Source of the DNA: a bacterium
Lineage (GTDB): Bacteria; CSSED10-310
NCBI GenBank assembly: GCA_049652745.1
Contig: JBASEY010000042.1
Span: 6,153 to 70,152, forward strand
Direction of reading: 5' to 3'
DNA length: 64,000 bases
Shown: positions 20,600 through 29,557 of the stretch, one piece after another
Layout of the letters: the number at the start of each line of letters is the position of its first letter
Numbering within the stretch: the first letter of the stretch is position 1
Notes under the pieces: model-generated
The model's input: the letters and a program-made list of their open reading frames with translations, nothing else
Databases searched by the model: none
What the model was told of the DNA's origin: nothing
Translations under genes and position numbers: made by a program

Positions 20600-21187
20600 A
20601 TGATTAGATTTACAATGACTGTTTTCTTATGCTCCATAGTGGTTTTAACCGGTTGCCAGACGGCGCCGCGTGTTCACAGAATCGAAACCGATGAACCGAT
20701 TGATCTGAGTGGTCGTTGGAATGATACCGATTCACGTCTTGTTGCTGAAGAAATGATTTCCGACGCGCTGAACCGTCCATGGCTTATGGCGTTTGTGGAA
20801 AAGAACGGCAAAAAACCTGCCATTATCGTCGGCACCGTTCTCAATCGATCCCATGAATTGATCAGCACGGACACCTTTATCAAAGATATGGAGCGTGCAT
20901 TCATCAATGCTGGAAGCGTTCGCATCGTTCAGTCCGCTGAAGCGCGTGAACAGCTCCGTGATGAACGAGCTGACCAGCAACAGTTTGCCGATCCGGATAC
21001 GGCGAAGCGGTGGCGGCGGGAATTAGGAGCGGATTTTATGCTCCAGGGTGTTATCAATTCAATTGTCGATACACAGGACCGGCAGCAGCTTGTCTATTAT
21101 CAAGTTGACCTGGAACTCACCGATATCGAAACAAACGAAAAGGTTTGGCTCGGCGCCAAAAAAATCAGAAAGTTTGTAAACCGTTAA
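20600..21187 (+). CDS. LpoB-like lipoprotein (COG3417-like)
   Basis: Lipobox LTGC. The C-terminal domain pattern matches that of E. coli LpoB (VG.V.N.S..., GADFML.G.I...). Confidence 0.5.
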   Translation: MIRFTMTVFLCSIVVLTGCQTAPRVHRIETDEPIDLSGRWNDTDSRLVAEEMISDALNRPWLMAFVEKNGKKPAIIVGTVLNRSHELISTDTFIKDMERAFINAGSVRIVQSAEAREQLRDERADQQQFADPDTAKRWRRELGADFMLQGVINSIVDTQDRQQLVYYQVDLELTDIETNEKVWLGAKKIRKFVNR

Positions 21188-21226
21188 TAATCTGTCGGAT
21201 CAAACACTAAAAAAAGGTTTCTCTAT

Positions 21227-22624
21227 ATGAATTCCTTCACGCGGATTTCAGTTATCTTGGTTTTCCTTATAAATACACTGACAGGATGCGCAACGTATTA
21301 TCAACAAAATATTGCATTTCAACAGGCTATAGCGGCTGGTCAATATCATCAAGCTGTCGACTATCTGGAAAACAATAGTGCGCTCAGAAAAAAACCAAAC
21401 AAGCTATTGTATTATCTGGAAAAAGGAACAGCCCTTCATATGGCCGGCGAATATGGGGCCAGCAATGAAATGTTCGAAAAAGCGTATGCTTTTATAGATG
21501 ATTTTATCAAAAATCACGGTCTTGAGGCATTGTCTTTTATAACCAATCCAACTGTTGTTCCTTATCCCGGGGAAGATTTTGAGCGTGTTCAAATCCATTA
21601 TTTCAAGGCTTTGAATCATGCGATGACCGGGAATTTATCCGATGCGCTGGTCGAATGCAGGCGAATCAATATCAAACTCAACGAAATCAATGACAGATAT
21701 GAATCAAACAAACGAAACCACTATTCCGGGGATGCATTTGCTTGGAATTTAATGGGTATTTTTTATGACGCTTTAAAAGAGTACAACAATGCCTTTATTT
21801 GTTACAGAAATGCCTTGGCATTATATGAAACAGATTATTTAACGTATTATAACGTGCCGGTTCCACAACAATTGATACATGATCTGCTGAAGGCGGCGCA
21901 GGATGCCGGAATGTACCAGGAGTATGATTTTTACCATGAAAAATATGCGTTGTCGGATATATTGCCTGAAAAAAACGGTGAGGCCGGCGACGTCGTTGTT
22001 TTTTGGAACGATGGGTTGGCGCCGATCAAAACAGAAGACAGTCTGAATTTTTTTATTGAGCGGGGAGCTGGTGGAGTCATGATGTTTGTCAACCAGGAAC
22101 AGGATATTTGGTTGCCGATGCCGCCAACCGGTACAGGAAGTGGAAATGTGACGGATATGAGTTTTATCCGAATGGCTCTACCCCGCTACCTTGAAAGATC
22201 TCCTTTTTTTATCGAATGCAGAGTGTCAATCGGCTCTAAAGAAATTGTGCTGGAAAAAGCTCAGGATATCAATGCGATAGCATTTTTAAATCTTCAGGAT
22301 CGAATGGGTCGGGAATTGGGAAAGGCACTGCTTCGCATGGTGTTAAAACAGGGAATTGAAAAAGCGGCGCGTGACCAAGATGAAGGCCTTGGTTTGATCG
22401 TTTCGGTTATCAATGCGGTCACAGAAAAAGCCGATACCCGAAGCTGGCAGACGTTGCCTCACCATATCGACTATGCTCGAATTTCCGTAGAAGAAGGACA
22501 GTATCAGCTTGTTTTCAAACGATCCAGTTATACTGGCGCACAATACGAAACCATACAGGATGTCGTCGTGAAGAAGGGTAAAACCACGTTCGTCACTCTG
22601 TTCGATCCACAATCGATCCCGTGA
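21227..22624 (+). CDS. TPR-like lipoprotein partnered with the LpoB-like gene
   Basis: Lipobox LTGC. N-terminal helical-repeat/TPR-like region. Confidence 0.5.
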   Translation: MNSFTRISVILVFLINTLTGCATYYQQNIAFQQAIAAGQYHQAVDYLENNSALRKKPNKLLYYLEKGTALHMAGEYGASNEMFEKAYAFIDDFIKNHGLEALSFITNPTVVPYPGEDFERVQIHYFKALNHAMTGNLSDALVECRRINIKLNEINDRYESNKRNHYSGDAFAWNLMGIFYDALKEYNNAFICYRNALALYETDYLTYYNVPVPQQLIHDLLKAAQDAGMYQEYDFYHEKYALSDILPEKNGEAGDVVVFWNDGLAPIKTEDSLNFFIERGAGGVMMFVNQEQDIWLPMPPTGTGSGNVTDMSFIRMALPRYLERSPFFIECRVSIGSKEIVLEKAQDINAIAFLNLQDRMGRELGKALLRMVLKQGIEKAARDQDEGLGLIVSVINAVTEKADTRSWQTLPHHIDYARISVEEGQYQLVFKRSSYTGAQYETIQDVVVKKGKTTFVTLFDPQSIP

Positions 22625-22694
22625 TGCCGAAACGCTCTATCATATAATCTTAAAAAAGCAAAATCGAGAATGTGTCGTCGACGCTTCTGATCGC

Positions 22695-24065
22695 TCACAC
22701 CGCATGTGACACGCTGGACAGGTGAAACCCATCTATTCGGACCCAGGGAAACAGTCCCGGCCAATATTCGCCGTAAGTCTTTATCGCCGGCGTCATCCCG
22801 GTGATCCTATTCAGGCTGTTTATCGGTGAATCGTTAAACCGAAAATTGTTGACAGGGTAACGAATTTCTCCATTTTCAATCCAGAAAACACCGTCTCGGG
22901 TGAGTCCGGTGAGTTCAAGGCGGTTCCAATCGATGGGGTTGACATACCAGAAGGATTCAATCAAAAGCCCTTTATTCACACCTGTGACAAGGTCTTCTAC
23001 AGAAAATGTTCCTCCAGGCATAAACAAATTTTTTGGATATGCGATCGGATCGATATTTTTTATACGAGCATAATAAGGCGAATGCTGGAAATTTTGAATG
23101 GCGCCTTCCTTGATCCATTCTATTGTTTTCATCGGCAGTCCCATACTGAAAAAATTTCCGGCATAAGAACCTCCGGAACCTCCGGCGTTGCCGAATTTCA
23201 ACGTCGGGAGCTCGGGATGATTGACGACGCTTTTTATCGAGATGGAATCTTTGAAACACTTATCGCCTAACCTGCTGTTGTTTGATGATTTTCCAAAAAA
23301 AGAATGACCCTTATCAGCTTCTCTGGCGTCCATGGCAAATAGAAGAAACATCAGGTATTCAGAAAGAGCTTTAGGTGACAGGATGACGGTGTAAGTACCA
23401 GGTTCTTGATAACGGGGCTCCGCTGATTGCTTGGCTATTCGAATAGATCGTTCCACAGTGTCCAGGTAGTGGAATCTGTTCCAGTCTCCTTCCCACAAGT
23501 GTGCTTGGCTGCTGCCGTCATGTCGCCGGGTTCGTGTGGACAGAGAGATGGAAATTTCTGTTGACGGCTGCTCTGCGAACAAACCTTTTGTATTTGCAAC
23601 GGCTTTGCTCTTCTCGGTTACATACAGGTTGCCATATATGTTGACATCTCCAGCTTCACCCAGATCACATATTGTTTTGACGATATCGGCTCGAGAATCG
23701 ATGTCGAGCTGTGCCGTACTTTCAAACCAAGCGTTAGTATTTTCATATTTCTGCGGGCTGACAGGTTCGAAAAACTCCGGGTTTATCGGGGCATTTTGGG
23801 CGAATAGAATCGCTTTATTGACCAGTTCATCCAAGTTGTCGTTTTGAAGCAAGTTGGTTTGGATGACGGATTCTTTCCCTTCAACTGCTACAGCCAGGGT
23901 TAGCGAGGTGTTTTGATGGGTTTTATGCTGAGTGATTCGGTTGGCGGCAAATCGAATAGCGCCTACGTTGTCTTCCATTAGAACGGCGGCGGCATGATCG
24001 GCGCCTTTTTTCCGAGCTTTTTCCAGGATAGATTCCAATAGAGCCGTGGTATTCAATATAGTCAT
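22695..24065 (-). CDS. PmbA/TldE-family metalloprotease subunit (second pair)
   Basis: TldD/PmbA-family architecture without HExxxH. Its start overlaps the upstream TldD stop (ATGA). I trimmed the start to the Met at 24065. Confidence 0.7.
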   Translation of the reverse strand: MTILNTTALLESILEKARKKGADHAAAVLMEDNVGAIRFAANRITQHKTHQNTSLTLAVAVEGKESVIQTNLLQNDNLDELVNKAILFAQNAPINPEFFEPVSPQKYENTNAWFESTAQLDIDSRADIVKTICDLGEAGDVNIYGNLYVTEKSKAVANTKGLFAEQPSTEISISLSTRTRRHDGSSQAHLWEGDWNRFHYLDTVERSIRIAKQSAEPRYQEPGTYTVILSPKALSEYLMFLLFAMDAREADKGHSFFGKSSNNSRLGDKCFKDSISIKSVVNHPELPTLKFGNAGGSGGSYAGNFFSMGLPMKTIEWIKEGAIQNFQHSPYYARIKNIDPIAYPKNLFMPGGTFSVEDLVTGVNKGLLIESFWYVNPIDWNRLELTGLTRDGVFWIENGEIRYPVNNFRFNDSPINSLNRITGMTPAIKTYGEYWPGLFPWVRIDGFHLSSVSHAV

Positions 24066-25516
24066 TTTGTTTTCCTCCGTATCGAGATGTTTTTCAGGCG
24101 TAATGGTGCGCTTCCATGAGTCAGAGTGGCGTTTTGTACGGGTTGACCTTTTGCACAGCCCAAGAGGCCATAAGGCCGCCATTCTTCAGCACGGCAGACG
24201 CTGTCGAGAGAGCCCCAGAATGTTGGGTTGGCGCCATCGTATACGACGTTCCATAACGGCTCTTTAACTTTACCGTTTTGAATGCGCCTGCAATATTCGC
24301 CGCCGAACTGAAAATTCAGTCGCTGGTGATCAATACTGAAGGCGGCCATTCCATCGACAAGAATTCCGTTTTCAGTGTCTTCTATCAATTGAGCCAGCGT
24401 GGGTGAACCAGCCGGTCCAGGATCGATACCGATATTTGCCATTCTAAGTAAAGGGAAAGAGCTCCAATGATCTGCTCTGGCGCAGCCATGACTTTTTTTC
24501 TGTCCGATCAACGGTGCGGTGTCACGGGTAGTTGAATAATCCTTCAAAACACCATTTTCGACAAGCTTCCATTTATCAGCCGGTACACCTTCATCGTCAA
24601 AAGCACAGGTAGCCAGGCCGTTGGGAAGTGTTCTGTCTGCGGTGACATTGAACAGTTCCGAGCCGTAACGGTAGTGGTTCAGTTTGTCGGGGGTGGCAAA
24701 GGATGTGCCGGCATAATCCGCTTCCCATCCCAGCACTCTATCGAGCTCGGTAGCGTGTCCGATGGATTCATGAATGACAAGGCGGGTGTGATTGGGCATT
24801 AAAATCAAATCTGCTTTGTCTCTGTTCCAGGGTTTAGCATCCAGCAGTTCGACGGCTTCCCGGGCAACACGTGGTGCTGCAGCCAACAGCTCTTCAGACC
24901 GAATGCCCTCATATCCGACGCCTTGCTGCAGACTTTGATAACTTCTTGTTTCAGATCGATCGTGACTCACTGCTGTAGCTCTGTAATCAGCATCACTAGT
25001 TACCATTACTTGGTCGATACGGCTGCCTAAAGTGTTGACATACTTTTTATCGGTTCGCTGAAAAAGCATGAGCGAACTTGTTTCACTGACACGGTTTACG
25101 GCAGCCATAGATGCATTTATGGCAAGTAAAAGGTCAAATTTTTCTTGTAAGGGTATGGTGAAAGGATCGATTTGAAAGGCTGATTGCCATTGTGATTCAT
25201 AGGCTTTTAACGGTGTCGGTACAATGGAAACACGGGAAATTCGTGCGCCGGCTTCGGCTACCTGAACAGCTTTTTGTACCAGTTTAGCCATGTCTTTTTC
25301 TGTCGTCACTATGCCGGCGGCAAATCCCCAGGCGCCTTTGTGAAACACCCTGACATTCATGCCTTCACTGGCCTCATCAACCATAACATCGATCACTTGG
25401 TCACGGGCACGAAGAATTTGTTCTCGATAACTCCCCCATTGACTCTCCAAAAAAACAAGCTTTTTATCCATTGCCTCGTTTAAGGCGGCACAGAGTAATT
25501 TATCCACATCGATCAT
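24062..25516 (-). CDS. TldD-family zinc metalloprotease (second pair)
   Basis: HESIGHATELD HExxxH motif. TldD-like length and C-terminal Gly-rich region. Confidence 0.8.
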   Translation of the reverse strand: MIDVDKLLCAALNEAMDKKLVFLESQWGSYREQILRARDQVIDVMVDEASEGMNVRVFHKGAWGFAAGIVTTEKDMAKLVQKAVQVAEAGARISRVSIVPTPLKAYESQWQSAFQIDPFTIPLQEKFDLLLAINASMAAVNRVSETSSLMLFQRTDKKYVNTLGSRIDQVMVTSDADYRATAVSHDRSETRSYQSLQQGVGYEGIRSEELLAAAPRVAREAVELLDAKPWNRDKADLILMPNHTRLVIHESIGHATELDRVLGWEADYAGTSFATPDKLNHYRYGSELFNVTADRTLPNGLATCAFDDEGVPADKWKLVENGVLKDYSTTRDTAPLIGQKKSHGCARADHWSSFPLLRMANIGIDPGPAGSPTLAQLIEDTENGILVDGMAAFSIDHQRLNFQFGGEYCRRIQNGKVKEPLWNVVYDGANPTFWGSLDSVCRAEEWRPYGLLGCAKGQPVQNATLTHGSAPLRLKNISIRRKTK

Positions 25517-25739
25517 TGTCTTCTCCTTAATTTGATCTTCAATATTTCCAGGATTGCAGTTATGATATTATCCTGATATTCAACCTATCAAGGCTGGGAT
25601 GGCAGTGTGCGCCGGGAGTGATATTAAAATTTTGTCGATTTAAGGTCAACCAATAGTTACAATAGATCTGGAAAAGGATTTTTCAAGAATTGTCAGTCCT
25701 GCCGGAAAAACGAAACTTTCCGCTTAACAGGAGGAACTC

Positions 25740-27581
25740 ATGAAGGCATCAATCAACCTGCGTATCAAAGCTCCCAACAGTAAAATGCGTAATGTTCTTC
25801 TGGAAAAGAACGAAGTCATTATTGGCAGGGACGCTTCTTGTGATGTAAGAATTGTTGACCCGGAGGTTTCGCGTCGACATGCCGCCTTGCGAATAGAGTC
25901 TCCAGATAAGATAATCATCAAAGACCTGGGAAGCTCGAACGGCACCTATATTAAAAACTCGCCGATCACAGGAGAAAAACGAATTTCTCCCGAAACCACT
26001 ATTCGTATGGGGAATAGCTATATTACGATTGAAATCAAAGGGGAAATAAAAAGCCAGGGTTTTGATATGGTCGTTACTCCCTCAGCTTATCTGCCGATGT
26101 CGGAAATTCTTGAAAAAGACCTGGATTTTTTCAGTTCCAAGACAAAAGATTTGTTAAGTTTATTCGATGATCTTCTCAGTTTCAGTTTTAGCAAGATACG
26201 ATCAAGTCTGATACTGAGCAAGATAATGGGTATTCTTGAGGCAGACAATGGAATAGTCGTTCTAAAACGTTCCGAGAGTGATACCGAGAAAGCGATTCTT
26301 GCCCAAAAAGGCGAAATCGTTCATTATCCATCGAGTATATTTGAAGCGGTTGGGGAACGGGCGGATTGTATTGTTTTACCCGAAGTCGATTCAAAAGAAT
26401 ACGTAACCGATTTAGGGAAGAAAGGAATTGGATCGCTCATATGTGCGGCAGGAGTCAATTCCGGTTTAATTCGGGTTGTTATCTATCTTGATAGGTCTGT
26501 CGGCAAAAAGATATTCAACAAAAATGATTTAGGTATTCTATGTCACCTGGCTCAAATATACGCAGCAACGGTGACCTATAACGTCGATCAGAAGATACAG
26601 GAACGAAAACTGAGCGGATATGAAGCCGAGCGATTACATTTTTTCGGTGAACTTGCCACTGAAACCGATATTTCGACGTCCAGCTCAAATAAAAAAGTCC
26701 AGCAACTGATGTTCATTGCAATGCGTGTAGGCCAATCGGATCGCCATGTTTTTATACATGGTGAGCATGGCAGCGGGCGTTTGACTTTGGCAAAGCGAAT
26801 ACATGTTTTCAGTAACAGAAAAGAGGGTCCTTTTATTTTTATGGATGCTTTGTCGACACCTCGAGATCGGATAAGAGAGGTGTTGTTTGGGGGCGAAGAA
26901 AAGGACACAAGTCCAGGACTGCTCGAGAGATCGCAGGAAGGAACACTTTACATACAGGAGATTACGGCTGTTCCTCTGGATATTCAAAAGGAATTGGCTG
27001 GCGTGCTGAGCAACGAATATACGTCTGAAAGCGATAATCAGCGGCGCCTATATACCTCGGTTCGTTTAATTGTATCATCTTCGGTTCACCCGGATAAAAC
27101 TGTCGCTGACAGCACGTTTAATTCCAATTTGCTTGATTTGACCTATCCAACGGTGTTGTTTGTGCCGTCGTTGAAAGAACGGAATGAAGATATTCTGTCG
27201 TTGGCGAAACATTTTCTGCGTGAATATTTGCCGTCAAACTGCGCCATGCCCGATTTCAATCCTCAGGCGGTTGAGCTGCTGGTTCGGTATCCATGGCCGG
27301 GCAATATAACTGAACTTCGGGACACGATGAGCTATACGGCGGCGGTGTGCCGTGAAAGGGAATTACAGATAGGGGATTTACCATATAAGTTACGAGAACA
27401 TCCGTCGGTAACTGCATCTAAAAACTTGGGTTTACGTCAACAATTGGATACGTTGGAAACCAATTTGATACTTGGGGCTCTGGAGCGAAATCGTAAAATT
27501 GTGACAAAAGCGGCGAAATCGCTGGGATTGTCGGAATCGACACTTCGATATCGTATGCAGCGATTGAAAATCGAGGTTTGA
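25740..27581 (+). CDS. FHA / GAF-like / degenerate sigma-54-EBP AAA+ / Fis-HTH transcriptional regulator
   Basis: FHA motif (IGRD...RRHA...DLGSSNGT). Central GAF-like region. The AAA+ region is clearly EBP-like, but Walker A is GEHGSGR (Lys to Arg), GAFTGA is replaced by GGEEKDTSPG, and Walker B is YIQEI (Asp to Gln). C-terminal HTH present. Confidence 0.7.
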   Translation: MKASINLRIKAPNSKMRNVLLEKNEVIIGRDASCDVRIVDPEVSRRHAALRIESPDKIIIKDLGSSNGTYIKNSPITGEKRISPETTIRMGNSYITIEIKGEIKSQGFDMVVTPSAYLPMSEILEKDLDFFSSKTKDLLSLFDDLLSFSFSKIRSSLILSKIMGILEADNGIVVLKRSESDTEKAILAQKGEIVHYPSSIFEAVGERADCIVLPEVDSKEYVTDLGKKGIGSLICAAGVNSGLIRVVIYLDRSVGKKIFNKNDLGILCHLAQIYAATVTYNVDQKIQERKLSGYEAERLHFFGELATETDISTSSSNKKVQQLMFIAMRVGQSDRHVFIHGEHGSGRLTLAKRIHVFSNRKEGPFIFMDALSTPRDRIREVLFGGEEKDTSPGLLERSQEGTLYIQEITAVPLDIQKELAGVLSNEYTSESDNQRRLYTSVRLIVSSSVHPDKTVADSTFNSNLLDLTYPTVLFVPSLKERNEDILSLAKHFLREYLPSNCAMPDFNPQAVELLVRYPWPGNITELRDTMSYTAAVCRERELQIGDLPYKLREHPSVTASKNLGLRQQLDTLETNLILGALERNRKIVTKAAKSLGLSESTLRYRMQRLKIEV

Positions 27582-27630
27582 TCGAAGTTCATATTCTTTC
27601 CGGGTCGATTCTGCCTAAAAGTATTTTGAT

Positions 27631-28692
27631 TTAAGGTTCAGATAAAAATCGCAGGTTTGCCGGCGGTTTTTCGCTGCTGCCGGGACCCAGGACATATTTT
27701 GTGATAGCGGGGTAGACCTCGGCAAGCACATCTTGTCGAAGCCTTTCCCGTGTCACCTCGGGGTATTTTCGGTATTCGGCGGCAAGCAATTCAAAGCGGC
27801 CGGCTTCCCCACGGGCAGTTTCCAGTACCCTGTTTTTGTATGCTTCGGCATCTGTGGTCATTTTCAATGCTTCTGCCTGGGCTTCGGGCATGACACTCAT
27901 CGCATAGGCTTCCGCCTGATGGACAAATTCCCGGCTTTCTTCTTGAGCGTTGATAACATCGTTGAAAGCTTGAATAGTCGAACGCGGAGGTCTTACGTTA
28001 CGGATTTCCACGGACAGTATATCCAGGCCGAGGTGATGTTGTTTCATAAGATCCGCCAAGCGGTCGGCAACAAGGTCTCGCAGTTCGATTCGCCCGGACA
28101 CTAGAAGTTGGTCGACTTCCATACCGGATACGCTGTCAAGAATGACGTTCTGCACGAGCAGTTCTAAAACTTTTGAAGGTTGTCCCACATCGAACACGTA
28201 GGTGACAGGGTCTTTGATCTGGAAATTGACCAGAACAAGCAAGTGCAGGATATTTTTATCGCCGGTGACAATGTAGGGTATGGACAGGGTTCCTTGAGCC
28301 AATTGGTCAATTGGACCATACATCCGCTCAAACTCATCCACTTTTTGCGGGTCGGCGCCGAATCCGGCCTGGATAGTTTCGACCGATCGGGTTCTAACTT
28401 TTATCAGTTTGTCGATCGGCCAGGGCATTTTGATGCAGATACCCGGCTCGACACGGTTTCGAACGATTTTCCCAAACCTCATCACGATACCGGTTTCCTG
28501 AACACTGACTTGACGGACACAGGTCGAAGCATACAGCAACCCAAACAAAATCAGAGCGACTATGTAGGATCGGGACAAGATTTTTTTCATCATAGACAAC
28601 TGGTGGTTAAAATTGCCGTTTGCTGGCGCTGGTTGTGAAGAATTGCCGGTATTCATTTTTTTATCGAGTTTGTTTCTGATGAAGGGGTTCAA
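27631..28692 (-). CDS. SPFH/band-7 protein, HflK-like
   Basis: N-terminal TM helix, SPFH domain, C-terminal coiled coil. Start uncertain; it may be the internal MMKKIL. Confidence 0.7.
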   Translation of the reverse strand: MNPFIRNKLDKKMNTGNSSQPAPANGNFNHQLSMMKKILSRSYIVALILFGLLYASTCVRQVSVQETGIVMRFGKIVRNRVEPGICIKMPWPIDKLIKVRTRSVETIQAGFGADPQKVDEFERMYGPIDQLAQGTLSIPYIVTGDKNILHLLVLVNFQIKDPVTYVFDVGQPSKVLELLVQNVILDSVSGMEVDQLLVSGRIELRDLVADRLADLMKQHHLGLDILSVEIRNVRPPRSTIQAFNDVINAQEESREFVHQAEAYAMSVMPEAQAEALKMTTDAEAYKNRVLETARGEAGRFELLAAEYRKYPEVTRERLRQDVLAEVYPAITKYVLGPGSSEKPPANLRFLSEP

Positions 28693-29557
28693 ATAATTCC
28701 GAGTCCATCGATAGGATCACTGTGGTCTTTTCCCCCATTATCTTTTTTTCGGTTTCCAACGTTCTGATAAAAGCAAAAAATTCAGGGTTCTGCGAATAGG
28801 CTTTGCCATATATTTCAGCAGCTTCGGCATCTGCTTGGCCGCGTATAATTTCTGCATCGCGATAAGCGACAGCTAAAATATCGCTGCGTGCTCTGTCGGC
28901 TTCCGCTCGTATTTCGGAGGCTCGCTGTCTGCCTTGAGCGCGATACTCATTTGCAATAGCCGACCGTTCGGCAATCATTCTCCTATAAACGCTTCTTGCA
29001 TTGTCATCAGGAAGAGCGATTCTGGAAAAACCGACTTTTTCGATGACGATACCGTAGGAATTGATTCTTTTTTGAGAGTCTACACTAATTTTGTCGACGA
29101 TTTCGTTTGTTTGAATATTTTCGATTTCCGTCGAGATGATCTGATCCATGCGGTATTCACCGAAAGTCGATGCGACCAATGAGCAAACGACATCGTCCAG
29201 TTTTTGTCGAGCGGATTCCGTATTATGAATTGCTTGAAAGAAAACCAACGGATCGTTTACTCTCCAAAGAACATATGCTTGGATCAGCAGATTTTTCTTG
29301 TCGCCTGTAAGATATTCGATCAAGGGCGTTTCATAAGCCTGGAGTTTTTTATCTATCCGGTTTGTCACGGATATCGGCGCCGGCCACTTGATATAGAGTC
29401 CAGGCTGCTCATGGATCTTTCCGGGTTTTCCGAAATTTGTGATGACAGCGTATTCGTCCACGGAAACCGTGTAGAGACTTAGCACTAAAAGGACAATCAC
29501 AAGCCCGATTATCAATACGGGAACGATAATATTTTTGGTGTTCATCATCTTATTCAT
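28661..29557 (-). CDS. SPFH/band-7 protein, HflC-like
   Basis: Single N-terminal TM, SPFH domain, Ala/Arg-rich coiled-coil tail. Confidence 0.7.
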   Translation of the reverse strand: MNKMMNTKNIIVPVLIIGLVIVLLVLSLYTVSVDEYAVITNFGKPGKIHEQPGLYIKWPAPISVTNRIDKKLQAYETPLIEYLTGDKKNLLIQAYVLWRVNDPLVFFQAIHNTESARQKLDDVVCSLVASTFGEYRMDQIISTEIENIQTNEIVDKISVDSQKRINSYGIVIEKVGFSRIALPDDNARSVYRRMIAERSAIANEYRAQGRQRASEIRAEADRARSDILAVAYRDAEIIRGQADAEAAEIYGKAYSQNPEFFAFIRTLETEKKIMGEKTTVILSMDSELFEPLHQKQTR

